Shown one piece after another: positions 47,204 through 59,797 of a DNA stretch of 64,000 bases (position 1 is its first letter; each line of letters opens with the position of its first letter). The stretch is from contig CM106586.1 in NCBI GenBank assembly GCA_048013815.1, positions 1,860,001 through 1,924,000 of the forward strand. The letters are read 5' to 3'. The position numbers were made by a program, and so were the translations under genes. The notes under the pieces were generated by a model, which worked only from the letters and a program-made list of their open reading frames with translations, was not told the origin of the DNA and did no database searches. This DNA comes from Setoptus koraiensis. Its lineage: Eukaryota > Animalia > Arthropoda.

Positions 47204-48244
47204 TCTCACTTGATCTAGGAAGTATTCACATTTTTTAGTCAATATATCACAAGCGTCATAAAATATATCGATTGCCGGCATACATCCTGTAGATTCCACT
47301 TTAAATATATAATGATCCTTAATGAGATCATAGGTAACTTTATCCTTCAATTCGGGAAATCTGAAAACATTTCTAGAGCCGGTATCTATTCTAGAATTGG
47401 CTACGACGGCCACTTTGTTTTCACCCTCAAGCTCGATTACTCCTTTAGAGAAACTGTCCTGTAATTTGATTGCCAATTCGCCGGTGATCTCTTCATTGAG
47501 TCTGATATCAGGCATCAATCTGTAGGAGGCCGTTGCGACAGGCTGAAATTTTGCATGATCTCTACCTATGCCTTTCACAGCGTGCAATTTTATGTCCAAT
47601 ACTTGTCTATCGCTCAATTTTGCTATTAGTATATCCTTATGCACTGGTCTAATAACCTCTTCGCCTTGAAACATTTCCGCTTGACCTTCCAGAGGTTCCC
47701 AGGTAATTCTCTCTGATAGTACTTTATAGTCATTGTAGAGATCTTCTCTTCTCGCGCTGTTCACAGTAGAGGCATTGTCAACTTTTTTACATTCAGCTTT
47801 CAATGAAAACACTAGACTGTGCTTGGGGTTTAATTCATCTGGTTTGGAACCTGTCGGTTTGAATTGGAATTTGCGTGGATCGGCTTTCAAGGGAATGAGC
47901 CCTAGCCTATGTGAGAGAAACTCATCCTGTAGCAGACTGGTATTGTTGTATATAAAGGCGTGCTCGATGGCCATGGTTGGAACTTCTGCCAGCATTATTC
48001 TTCTGTAGGCGTTGACAATTTGAGGTCCCACACCAATGAGATCAATCTCGAGCTCCTTGCCCTCGTCCTCACAGTACATGATTTCGACTTTGAATTCTCT
48101 CTTAAATAGTTCAAAATTCCATTGGTCATCGTATCCATGATGGTTGCCGGGATATTTGGTATAGGCAGTGTGCTCTATGTGATGCTCTGTGACGCGGGCC
48201 CTCTCGCGAGGTTCCTGTTTGATATTCACCACGTTATTCATCAC
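47159..48244 (-). CDS. POLR1C: RNA polymerase I/III shared subunit RPAC1 (RPC40/AC40), intronless
   Basis: NAYRRIMLAEVPTMAIE, YNNTSLLQDEFLSHRLGLIPLKADPR, RPVHKDILIAKL, KGIGRDHAKFQPVATASYRLMP, HYIFKVESTG. Confidence 0.97.
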   Translation of the reverse strand: MMNNVVNIKQEPRERARVTEHHIEHTAYTKYPGNHHGYDDQWNFELFKREFKVEIMYCEDEGKELEIDLIGVGPQIVNAYRRIMLAEVPTMAIEHAFIYNNTSLLQDEFLSHRLGLIPLKADPRKFQFKPTGSKPDELNPKHSLVFSLKAECKKVDNASTVNSARREDLYNDYKVLSERITWEPLEGQAEMFQGEEVIRPVHKDILIAKLSDRQVLDIKLHAVKGIGRDHAKFQPVATASYRLMPDIRLNEEITGELAIKLQDSFSKGVIELEGENKVAVVANSRIDTGSRNVFRFPELKDKVTYDLIKDHYIFKVESTGCMPAIDIFYDACDILTKKCEYFLDQVRSYRFRIDKSTPMVV

Positions 48245-48743
48245 GTTATGTCTTCACTTTCGGATTAGTTGGCTAAACAAATTTTGTATTTTATCGAATA
48301 AATGTTTGTAGTTATAAATTGAGTGAATACTCACATAACTGGCATAGGTGGTCTGGAAGACACGTTTTCCATCTATACAAGTTTATTGTGATATTCCGAG
48401 TGTGTTTTGACTGGTAACACTGGAGGCTTACATCACCACGAGGCCACGTTTTTTTTTCTCTTTTACAGATTAAATATTGCGCCAAAAGAACACGCACACT
48501 CAGAGGTGTGAAAGTGTGTGTTATGTTGTGCATTTTTCTCTAATCAAATTGAGGTATTTGTTTCACATGTATAATTAATTTGCCACAATATATATTCAGT
48601 TCGCATTATATACAATTTAGGTACAAAGGTACAAATAATAAAGATGTTCAATAATTTCTCTTAGCACTTACCATGTCACCCGTATTTTCTTCTCCCATTG
48701 GATAGACACCGGGATACATAGGATATATATTATCATATTTATC

Positions 48744-50271
48744 ATGGATGTCAGCTTATTCTTTAAATGTCCTGTGTGTTATGACTATGTATTATCAACT
48801 ATTATTCAATGCACAAACGGCCATTATATATGCCAATCATGTAAGGATATTATTAGTACATGTCCAACATGTAGACTTCCAGTGAGCCAGCATACAAACA
48901 TACCAATCTTACCAAATAATGTAACGTCAATAACAGCCAACAATCAACAAACTAATATTACAGACCAGCTTTCAACGCAACAAATTGAAAACAACACATT
49001 TGATATTCTGTTACCTAGCCTATTACGCATAGCTCCACCATTACACCCAAGTGTTGGAAATGAGCTAATATGGTTATGCATGCCCGATGATGAGGGTCCC
49101 GTAGATGTTGAGATGTCCATCAATATAGCACCATCAAGCGCCGACAAAGATGACATAATCACTAGTGGTGGTAAAGATGATGGTAATCGTATTGATGGTA
49201 AAGATGATGGTAATCATATTGGTGGTAAAGATGATGGAAATCATATTGGTGGTAAAATAGATCATAATTATGATGATAACAATGATGATGACGACGACGA
49301 CAATGATGGTGAAAATGATGATAATGATGATGATGACGACGACAATGATGGTGAAAATGATGATAATGATGAAGACGATGATGATGCCGGTGGTGATCAA
49401 AATAAAGATGATGATGCTAACGATGATGCTGATGACAGTGCCGGTAATCATGATGATGATGATAATGAAAATGAGAATGATGATAATGGAAATGATAATG
49501 ATATTGGAATGGAATCATTAATTAACCTTGAAATAAGTGATGAGGGTGATATATCTAACAGTGGTGCCAATCCTGATGATGAAGGCGGTGATGAAGGTAA
49601 ACGTCTCATGCAGAAGGCTTTAAGTTGCTCATTAACCTTAAATGAAACGCCAATTGTTGTGAACAAACTGAGAGAACATCCGGATGCCGTTCAACAGCTC
49701 GGCTTAACTCCAGTCAAATTGCCTATGTTAGTTGAAAATAATCCTTTAGTAGCCATAGAGGCCTTATTATCTCTGATGCATTCAAAACATATTTCGGATT
49801 ACCTATGTATACTAGTTAACATGGACATGTCGGTGCATTCGATGGAGGTAGTGAACCGTCTTACAACTGCCGTCGAATTACCAACCGAGTTTATGCACCT
49901 CTATATCTCAAATTGTATACAGACATGTGAGACAATCAAAGACCGTTACATGCAGAATAGGCTAGTTAGATTAGTTTGTGTATTCCTTCAGTCATTGATA
50001 CGAAACAAAACTATTAGTCTGCAGGTGAGTTTCAATATCTGGTCTCAACAATACTGATTCTATATTCGAGAGATTTTAAGATAAACCCACAATTCATTAT
50101 TGATTTATCTCTTCAAATTTCTCATATCCCATTCTCCAGGATGTATTTCTTGAAGTTCAAGCATTTTGTATAGAATTCAGTAGGATACGTGAAGCTGCCG
50201 CTCTATTCCGACTACTGAAGCAGATGGATAACAATGAAGTTCCGCCTCCGCCGGAAGAGAAGCCCGGATGA
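48744..50271 (+). CDS. CNOT11: SIAH-type RING + Asp/Asn-rich tract + CNOT11 C-terminal half; exons 48744-50024 and 50140-50271
   Basis: N-terminal [22 protein letters not shown]....CPTCR. C-terminal [66 protein letters not shown]|[27 protein letters not shown]. Intron GTGAGT...TCTCCAG. Confidence 0.88.
49167..49500 (+). repeat. Coding GAT/GAC/AAT-rich repeats (27-bp GGKDDGN(R/H)I units, ~45-bp duplication)
   Basis: Three to four GGKDDGNHI-like units, then a duplicated [13 protein letters not shown]. Confidence 0.85.
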
Positions 50272-50632
50272 AAACACTTCTCTCGAGATGCTCTATAATA
50301 CCCACAAAAAGATTAACCCGTGGCAAACATTTTTCAAAATCGACCCCAAAATCATCACATCCTTTAGCAAGTCACTGTCGCAAACGCGTAGTGCGCGCCA
50401 TGATTTCAAATAAACAAAGCTCACGCAACTGACGTGGGTGTGTTAGGTGCTCGCCCGAGTGTGCGCGGAATTTTAGATGGAGCGGGCACAACACAATTTG
50501 TCCCTGCACCCAGCACTAGGCACGACACATCGATGCGCGACGAATAAAAGAATCAGAAAAATAATGTTCTTTGAGTGCCCTCAATTAATATCAATAATAC
50601 TCTGAGAAACGAACGATCACTTTATAGTAACT

Positions 50633-53251
50633 ATGGTTGTGTCTGTTATTCATGATGACAGTAGCGTTACAGGCATTCGTCTACCAGGCACCTGTAAACC
50701 GCTTAAATACGATGTAACTCTAGAACCAGATTTGGAGGCCTTTACCTTTAAGGGCGATGTCGGCATCGAGGTGATAATCAACGAACCAAATGTGGATAGG
50801 ATCGTTCTGAACGCAGTAGAACTCAATTTTACAGATGTGTCATTTGTGTCCGATGTAGCCGGCGATGAAATGTGCACAATCAAACAGGTGACATTGTGCA
50901 AAAAATCAGAGACTGCAGTGCTGACATTCGATAAATCACTGACAAAAGGCCCAGGTAAATTGACCATCACATTCAATGGAACACTTAACGATAGAATGAA
51001 AGGATTCTACCGAAGTAAATATGTAGCTGGAAATGGTCAACACAGATACGCGGCAGTAACTCACTTTGAGCCTACCAATGCCCGATATGCTCTTCCCTGC
51101 TGGGATGAGCCGGCTATCAAGGCCAAATTTGATGTAACGCTCATTGCTAGCCAAGACAGAACGACCCTGTCGAATATGGACATCATCGAGGAAACGGTTA
51201 TGTCTGGTGGGAAAAAAGTGGTCAAGTTCAGAACATCCCCCCTAATGTCAACCTATCTGCTAGCGTTTGTGGTGGGCGAATTCGACTTCGTTGAGGGATT
51301 CAGCAAAAATAGACCAGTGAGAGTTTACACGCCCTTGGGAATGAAGCAACAAGGACTGTTTGGCTTAGATGTTGCAATTAAATCGTTGGAATTCTATGAG
51401 AGATATTTCCAAATAGATTATCCATTGCCCAAGCTGGATTTGATCGCGATAGCAGACTTTGCAATCGGGGCAATGGAAAATTGGGGTCTTATCACCTATA
51501 GAGAAACATGTCTCCTTGCTGACCCCGATAATACATCTAAAAGAACAAGACAAAATATTGCGTTGACTGTTGCTCACGAGATCGCTCATCAATGGTTCGG
51601 AAATCTGGTCACAATGGAATGGTATACTCACTTGTGGCTTAACGAGGGATTTGCGACCTTCATGGAAAGTCTGTGTGTTGACACTATTTTTCCCGAATAC
51701 GATATTTGGGCACAATTTATTAGCCACCGATTTTCTATAGCTATGGAATTGGATGGCTTGCATAACAGTCATCCAATTGAAGTGCCAATCAATCATCCAA
51801 CCGATCTTTACGAAATTTATGACGCAATATCGTATTGTAAAGGCGCTTCCATTATTAAAATGTTGCACAATTACATCACAGACGAGTGCTTTCGAAAAGG
51901 CATGAAGTCTTATCTAACGAAATTCGCCTACGGTAACGCTTCCACTGAGCATTTATGGGAGGCCTTGCAAGCTGCCAGTGACAAGCCGGTTTGTGAGGTT
52001 ATGGCTCAATGGACTAAACAGAAAGGATTTCCATGGTTGGCAGTGAGCTGCAAAACTGAGGGAAAGTCTGTCACTCTCACTGTCACTCAGAAAAAATTTG
52101 CATCCAATGGAGAATTAGCACCAGATGAAGTTGATATAAAATGGGTCATTCCAGTTACGGTTGCCACGGGAGTCAAACCAAATCAAATAGCTAAACAAGT
52201 TTTGTTGAGGGAATCAAGTGACCAGTTTGAGTTGGAGGACATCGGTAGCCACTGGGTAAAATTCAATCCTGGTGCAGTTGGGTTCTATCGAACTGCATAC
52301 CCAGAAGACATGATTGAAAAACTATTGCCTGCAATATCAAGCAAAACTTTGCCACCCTTAGACCGCTTTAACATACTCAATGACTACTTTGCTCTATGTC
52401 CGGGCGGGAATGTATCGTCAGTTTCTCTACTCCGGTTGATTGGTCAATTCTCTGATGAGAACAACTACACTGTCTGGTCGGCTATTGATGAGTGCATAAG
52501 TGTGCTGGACAGACTTCTATGTTACACCGATTTCCGGGAATCGTTTCAAAACTTTAGTCGTAAATTATACAATAGTATCCTAAGCAAATTAACGTGGTCC
52601 TTTTCGCCTGGTGAGAATCATACAAATGCTATGACGAGGGCTCTTGCTATCAATAGACTCCTCTTGTCTGGTGACGAATCGGTCGCAGCCGAGGCCAAGA
52701 AGCGATATCTCGCACATATTGATAAGACTTCAGTGATACCAGCTGACCTCAGAAGTGCTGTATATAAAGTGGCCGCAAATGGAGACGACACAATGTTTGA
52801 GTCTTTGTTCACAATCTACAGAGAATCCGATCTACAAGAGGAGAAGGATCGAGCTGCTATGGCCCTCGGAACAACTCGCGACAAGACTCGTATCGATAAA
52901 GTGCTAGATTTCGCCATGTCTGACGAAGTGAAAATCCAGGATAAGGTATATGTCATTATATATGTGGCCTCTACGGTGTCAGGCCGTGAATCAGCCTGGA
53001 ATCTTATAAGAACTCGTGCTAGTGAATTGAAGAGAATTTACGGAAATAGCGCCAAGCTGGCAACATTGATAAAAAATGTCACTAAGGATTTCGCTAGTGA
53101 AGAGAAAGCGTTGGAGGTATCCAAATATTTCCAAGAGAACAGTTTTCCAGGAACGGAGCGCAACGTCCAGCAATCAATCGAGACTATTCGACAGAATGCA
53201 AATTGGTTGAAGCGTGATAGCGCTTCTATCAAGACCTTTCTTTCAAGTTAA
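50633..53251 (+). CDS. NPEPPS: Puromycin-sensitive aminopeptidase (M1 family), intronless
   Basis: GAMENWGL, HEIAHQWFGNLVTMEWYTHLWLNEGFA, YDAISYCKGAS and an ERAP1-like C-terminal region. No signal or anchor, which fits cytosolic PSA. Confidence 0.95.
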   Translation: MVVSVIHDDSSVTGIRLPGTCKPLKYDVTLEPDLEAFTFKGDVGIEVIINEPNVDRIVLNAVELNFTDVSFVSDVAGDEMCTIKQVTLCKKSETAVLTFDKSLTKGPGKLTITFNGTLNDRMKGFYRSKYVAGNGQHRYAAVTHFEPTNARYALPCWDEPAIKAKFDVTLIASQDRTTLSNMDIIEETVMSGGKKVVKFRTSPLMSTYLLAFVVGEFDFVEGFSKNRPVRVYTPLGMKQQGLFGLDVAIKSLEFYERYFQIDYPLPKLDLIAIADFAIGAMENWGLITYRETCLLADPDNTSKRTRQNIALTVAHEIAHQWFGNLVTMEWYTHLWLNEGFATFMESLCVDTIFPEYDIWAQFISHRFSIAMELDGLHNSHPIEVPINHPTDLYEIYDAISYCKGASIIKMLHNYITDECFRKGMKSYLTKFAYGNASTEHLWEALQAASDKPVCEVMAQWTKQKGFPWLAVSCKTEGKSVTLTVTQKKFASNGELAPDEVDIKWVIPVTVATGVKPNQIAKQVLLRESSDQFELEDIGSHWVKFNPGAVGFYRTAYPEDMIEKLLPAISSKTLPPLDRFNILNDYFALCPGGNVSSVSLLRLIGQFSDENNYTVWSAIDECISVLDRLLCYTDFRESFQNFSRKLYNSILSKLTWSFSPGENHTNAMTRALAINRLLLSGDESVAAEAKKRYLAHIDKTSVIPADLRSAVYKVAANGDDTMFESLFTIYRESDLQEEKDRAAMALGTTRDKTRIDKVLDFAMSDEVKIQDKVYVIIYVASTVSGRESAWNLIRTRASELKRIYGNSAKLATLIKNVTKDFASEEKALEVSKYFQENSFPGTERNVQQSIETIRQNANWLKRDSASIKTFLSS

Positions 53252-53549
53252 TTATAGCAAGTTTTTAAAAGGAAAAAAATTACCAAGTCTCTGTGCCTCA
53301 ACAACTGAATGCATCATCAAATTTATTTTTCGAAATCAATTAGAGGCACACTAAAAAATATTGAAAAAGCCTATGAAATAAATCGCTAACAACTAATAGT
53401 TCAAAGAGGTCTTTTGCAATTTACCTAAGTGTGGCTTCAAGTTAGTAGGTAGTTTGGCAGGTTTAATGATTAATGACATAATATAACACGATTTTTACAT
53501 TTGAAATTACATGTGCAACTCTATTTTTATCTGTTCCTAACATTCTCGT

Positions 53550-56500
53550 CTATTTTAACTTCAAGAATCTGGAAGGTGTCTTCGGCTTGTCTTCGCCCTT
53601 CTGAGGTCCTATCGCCCTAGAATAGGACAGTCGAGGTACATGTTGCGAGGGCCTATCATACAAGGATTTCTTGTAACCACCATAGATTGAGTATCTCGAG
53701 GCCTTGAGAGCTGGACTTGTAGTTAATGGTGACAAACTTGACCTAGATCTTGTTCTCTTATAATTGCTCGAACCACCATATGGACTGCTACCGCTGCTTG
53801 ACTGTCCAAAATATGACTCTGTTTTTGGATAACGATTTCGAGAATTTTCTATTGAGGACAAAATAGACGACAATGGCCCTCTTGAGCTAGAGACAGTTGT
53901 TGCCATTGGCTGATAATTGGATGTCTTGTAACTGCTACTGAGAGTTGGACTACCATAATATAAGCGTTGTCTTCTCGTTAGGAGAGTCGGTTCACCATCG
54001 ACTGATGGTGACTTAAGCATCTTATTTGTGCCCAAATCGAGAAAATAAGACTGACCACCCTTGGCAACGTTCAAATCTTCATCCTCAGCTCGCTTTTTGG
54101 GCCCATCATCCACTTCCGTTATTTTTGTTGCATTGTTGTTGTTGCTGGGCGAGTCGTCCGTATTTTTGTAACTTTTATTTGTCAACGGTATAACAATAGA
54201 TTGATTTTGAATTGGGGCGCTGTCAGGCAGTGGAAATGAGTTGTCTTGTTGGTTTATTTTGGCACGATTAGTTGTCGTCATATTGCCTGCATATTCATTG
54301 TCAGTTGTGTTTGAATCCATAGTTTTTTCTGTCGAATCTGTCTTGTTAGTTGTGGATTCGGTAACAGCTTCTTTTTCCACTGGCATTCGTTGTCGTCTCA
54401 TTCTCATCTGATTTATTCTGTTGCCACTATCAACAACACTGCTAATATCACTGTTGGCCTCTCTGAGAACGTCTTCAACATCAATATCGGCGTTTAATTT
54501 TTCGCTAGGTACAGTAATTACTGAGGCTGCCGAGTTGGTGTTTGTCGTGCTCATTCCACTTGGCTTATACTGATGATTATCCAATGATTGATGGCGATAA
54601 ATCTCTTTTCTGGCCTCTGACACTGGCAATGCCTGAACATCAATGACATTAGTTGTTGTTCTCTGGGGATGCTGCTTGTAGTTCTCATAATGATTACTGC
54701 TTGTTATATCAGCCATCTTTTGCTTCAAATTGAGCACCTCTTTTCTCAATTTACCTGATTGCGGATCTGTAATGTTGTGTTTATTGGTATGATTGGTCAC
54801 GTTGATGTTGTGCTGTTGACTTGGCGCTGCTTTGGCTATAGCTTCGTTCGGTTTGTACTCGGTCTTGATAGTTGTCGGAGAGAAAAGAACGGAAAATTGC
54901 TACAGATACAAACAATATATTCGGATAATATGGTTATGAAAACAGCGAGTTAGACAATTTTGACAACAAGATTCACAAATTTGGGGTGTGTTATTGATAC
55001 AATGGTTGTGTTGTTAATTTATTGTGTTTTGGGGTTTTAGTTTAGTGTGTTCGATTAGATTGACGAACAAAATACATAAATGATATCAATAATTGATTGT
55101 GATAGAGCCATCGCAATTGTTAATTAATCGAGAGGTGATTTTCGCACAGTAATCCATTGATTATAATGTCCGACCATTGTTGGTATATTTAGACGCGATA
55201 ATAGCAAGCCATACAATGTCAATGATGCGATTATTTTTAGTTGATTAAGTTTAGTACTAGATCAGTATAATGTATATTGACTTGTTTAATATTGCATACA
55301 TTTTTTTTTGCGCTAAGTATTTTGTGTTTAGCATGTTAATTACGTGATCTGATAGTTATGGGTGGTTGTTTTGTTTGTTATGTGTGAGGTATGTTTTTGT
55401 TATATTGTGCGGATATTTTTTGGCTTTGTAGGGGATTTAAGGGGCAGGGATGAGGGTGGCTGCTCTACAGGGATGGACGGGAATTGCTGAAGCGGGAAAA
55501 AGTTTTTCAACTGGCGACCTCGTTATTCTGTTGCGTCATCCAATAACCGTTCAAGCACATTCATTCTAAATAAAAATAGAATTGCTATCATCATCATCAT
55601 CATGATAATTATCGTGTATTGTGGTAACCATTCGTGATGAATTTGTTGTTGGTCATTTTGTGTGTCTCATTTAAACTACAAACATTACATTGCCATAGTT
55701 AGTTGCTATAGTTACATTGTCTATTGTTATTGTTGTTATTGTTGTCACATAACCGGACAGTCATCAATCAAATCATCATTATTACTAATGGATCCTACTA
55801 TTAGTATCACTCAGGTATCCCACTCAATAAGTTGAGTGAACACATTATAGCGTCATCATGACAATAGTTTGCCAACAAATGACATATTGACATGATGATG
55901 ATAACAATGACGATCACCAATCACAAGAGTTAGTGCCCATTTGTCACCTAAACTGGGCCTATGTGTCCAATAATTGGCGCGCCCTTTTTTCACAATCTCT
56001 TGGGCTTGGTGGGCGAAGGTGTCTTACTCTTATTGCTAGTAGAAGTAGACTGTTTCTGTGGCTGTTTGGTATTGGATGACGACGAGAATAGCTTCTTGGT
56101 AAATTCTTTCAGGGGAGAGGGACTTTTGCTTACCTTGCTCGTGTCATTCTCCTTTGTTTGTTGATTGCTACCACTACCACTGGTGGTTTTGTTTTTGTTT
56201 GATGATGACGCAACAATAACATCTTTATTTTTGTTTGATCCACCTCTAGACGATGATCTCACTTGTCGATCTACCGACGATTCTGAGTCACTAGACAATT
56301 CTTCTTGTCTTGGCTCTAATTTTGCCGACAGTGTTGTTGTTGTTGTTTTAACATTTTTGATACTACCACCACTTGTTGTTGGAGTGGGACTTGGAGCGTC
56401 ATCCAATACAAGATTCGTGTGATGTTTCTTATTGCGATTACTCAATGAATATATTTGATTATCTGGTGATTTTTGTTCGCTATGTCTGCTACTGGGACGT

Positions 56501-58750
56501 GACGTTGTATGATGATGAGTGTCCGGTGTCAGACGATGTCGGCCAGACGCCAACTTTGAGGGCGACGGTGTTGTTCTGTATTTGCGATCTGCGTCTAAAT
56601 CAACATCGCGTATATCATTGTCACTAAAATCTTCGTTATTGTGTCTGTGTTTTGTTTTCGTTTGATCCATGCCAGACGGCTCCCCAAAATAGTAATTACG
56701 TTGCGATTTAGGCGTCGATTGATGCTTCAGGGACATGGTAGATTTGTGGTGCGAGTGTTCCGATGTGGAAGATTGCGATCTCAGTGATCGTCGCTCGATA
56801 TTGTCCTCCTATATGAGTGTGTTAATTAGAATAAATTGTTATTAGGTCTAATTAGTCTGAATACAGAGGATAATACGACCACAATACAAGGAATCTTGCA
56901 CCACAACTGTTCAACTTACCTCGTCAGTGAGTGTTGCCTGGACTGAGGCGTCCTCCTTGGGCGCGCCAGTTGAACGATACGAATTGGCTGTTCTGTGTGA
57001 CACATGGGATAAATGTGATTTCGTCGGCGAGTGGCTTCTCACCGGCTCGGGACTTATGTAACGGGCCGATTTGTCTGCTCTATTAGTGTGCGATCTTGTT
57101 GTTGATGTCTCGTGCTGGTGGTGAGACGAAGCTCTCTTGTCTTGTTTGCTTATTTTGTATTCGTCAGGAACGGGCACTGGGGTCCTATGAGAAGGCGAGG
57201 CTGATTTGCTGGGCGAATGGTGTCTTCTGGACAGTGATTGCTGATAATCTCTTCTGTCGTCGTCGTAATCGTAATCTCTGTCTGTCTTCTCGAACGTGTG
57301 CTTAATCCATTTGCTATAATTAGTTGGAGCAAACAAACAAAAGTTGATTATTGTTATATCACTGTTGTCACAAACTGCTGCAACAGACTGTCTACTGTAT
57401 GGCGAATTGAATACATCAATCCGATAAGTTGAATAATTAATTAATTGGCTGTACTTACGTTGATGCGTCTCGTCTGTAACTGTCGTTGTCGGTATTGATT
57501 GGTTGCGGATAAGAATGATCGATAAGTGGCTCAATTGTGTATCTCGGGAAAGCTTTCTCTTTTCTCGTCTTGTGATGCTTTACGTGGCCCTCGTGACTAG
57601 TTGACACTGTTGTGCCTGTCATTTGACGACCACTAGCAGATGGCGATCTGTGCTGATGTCTATTTGTTGTTTTCTTCTTCTCGTTATCACTAGCTTTGTC
57701 GCTCTGACTGCTATCACTATCGCTACTACTAAAATCATTTAAATACTCAAAATGACGCTGAGTAGTTTTTGTGGCCGCGGGCAAATTGCGCAATTGTTCG
57801 CTTGTTCTCTCGTCTTCCGGTTGTTCGTCGTCACTAAACTCTTCGTGATGTTTTGTTCGTTTTACTTCTTTTGTAACACTACCGTCTAATGCTAATTTTG
57901 ATATTTCATGTATCTCGTCGGAATCTTGCAATTTTTTCGATTTGGCCGAATAATGAACCATCTTTCCTCTTGGTGGCCGACTAAACAATTTGCTGCCACC
58001 ATTATTGTTTGTTGGATATTCCACCACGGAATCGTCGTCGTCGTCGTCGGAACGGCGCTCATTGCGACTGCCGTGTTTTCTGTAATAATAATCGTCATGT
58101 TTCTTGTCTGTGATTGTAATCAGTTCATTTGGGGCCGTCAGCGCTCGTCTATGTACATCATGTCCAGTGAGCTCTTTAATGCGCTCATCGTGATATTGCA
58201 TGTTTTCTTCGCGAATTTCGCGCGACACTCGCTGTATCTCCTTCTTTTCGCCCAACACTCGACCGTGGGGACCCTCGACGGGCACATAACCGTCTGGCAC
58301 TTTCATTGGTGGCGGCTTTTTGTCATTTTCCTTCTCCTCGGTGTGATTATCCTCTTTGATGCGCGTTATAACCTGTGGTCCGCTATCCGCGATCACTTTG
58401 CCGTCCTCCATAACAAGCTGACGCTGAACGCGAGTCTCCACTTGTCGTGTCTTATGATTCACTATTCTCTTGCTAGTTGTCCATTCTTCGTCACGACTAA
58501 TTAGTGCCTTTGCATCGGGACTGTTGGCGCTAATATGTGTGATACCATTGTGATGATGACGATGATTGTTATGCAATGATTTCTTGCTAGAAGTGTGTTG
58601 CTTATTATTATGTTGCTGATAGTCGTCGTCACTAATGTTATCATGTGATTTCCTATTGCGCTGTTTGTGTTGTCTACTGCTACTACTGTAGTCGCTTCGA
58701 TGGTGCTCCATTTCTTCGCACCGGTAAGTTTCTGGGGCCATTTTCAGCAA
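53550..58750 (-). CDS. Large S/T/R/H-rich uncharacterised protein, multi-exon (~58750-57459, 57300-56920, 56808-~56027, 54766-53550), alternative 3' ends possible
   Basis: Long open frames joined by canonical GTAAG donors and AG acceptors. One globular-looking block, EEWTTSKRIVNHKTRQVETRVQRQLVMEDGKVIADSGPQVITR; otherwise low complexity. Confidence 0.65.
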
Positions 58751-59732
58751 ATATTGCTATTATCACTTACTGTTAATGCCACTATTAATATTAATAATTA
58801 TTATTAGTCTATGTGGTCTGGGGCCTATCTAGTTGGCGGTGAATTTGTATTAAAAAAAGTTTTGCTGATTTTGTGATAAAACTATGATGCGATAAAATTA
58901 TACTGCAACATTTGATGAAAATGGGCACGCACACACAACAACACAATGAACACTAAATAGATTAACTGATGCGACGATGTGAACGCTCCGTTGGCCGATT
59001 AGCATAAGAAATAATAATTTGCATGATAATAATAACTTGTTGTTGTCCAATGTTGTTGCTGTTGCAAAGCAGCTTATTGTTTGCACTATCACTCATCCGA
59101 ACTCATGATACTTTCACTTGTGACCATCTGTCGGTGGTTGGCTTACCAAGCGTGTCTCGACAGTCTCAACAGTGCAAGCATCAGCTAGGATGACGATGAT
59201 GATGATGACGATGAGCTACCGAGTCCGAAACTCTGCTAAACTCCACCTATAAATGTACAGTACAGCTTGTGAGTATTAACCTGCATGGAGGTTAATATCT
59301 TATCTCATTAACATCTAATGGCGTCGCTCTCTTCACCGTGATCACTTGTCGTCATGTGTGTCTTTTTTATTTATTTGTCTGTTTGTTTGTTGGTTTGTTT
59401 GTGTGCAAATGTGTATATTTTGTGTGCTCGATTTGTGTCCATATATGGACATTTAAATTGCAAGTCTTTCACCTTATGTCTCGTTTAGTCTCAATCTGTT
59501 CAGGCTCGTTTCGATCAGGTTCATTCTGTTGGTTGTGAGCACAGGTAAGCATCTAATTTCAAGACAACGGCAACTACCAATGGTATAATAGGATTGCAGC
59601 AACAGTAATGGTTGCTTAATAGTTGAACGAGATAGTCATCATCACTGGTGCTTAGCCACTGAATGAACGACGACTAGCTAGACGCAAAAGAATCGTTAAT
59701 TTGCCAAATTATCGATTGCTGCACACTTTGTA

Positions 59733-59733
59733 C

Positions 59734-59792
<59 letters not shown>
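59733..59792. repeat. (GT)n microsatellite
   Basis: Longest pure GT run in the window. Shorter (GT)n/(CA)n/(GA)n/(CAA)n runs are frequent from 14 to 64 kb. Confidence 0.97.
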
Positions 59793-59797
<5 letters not shown>

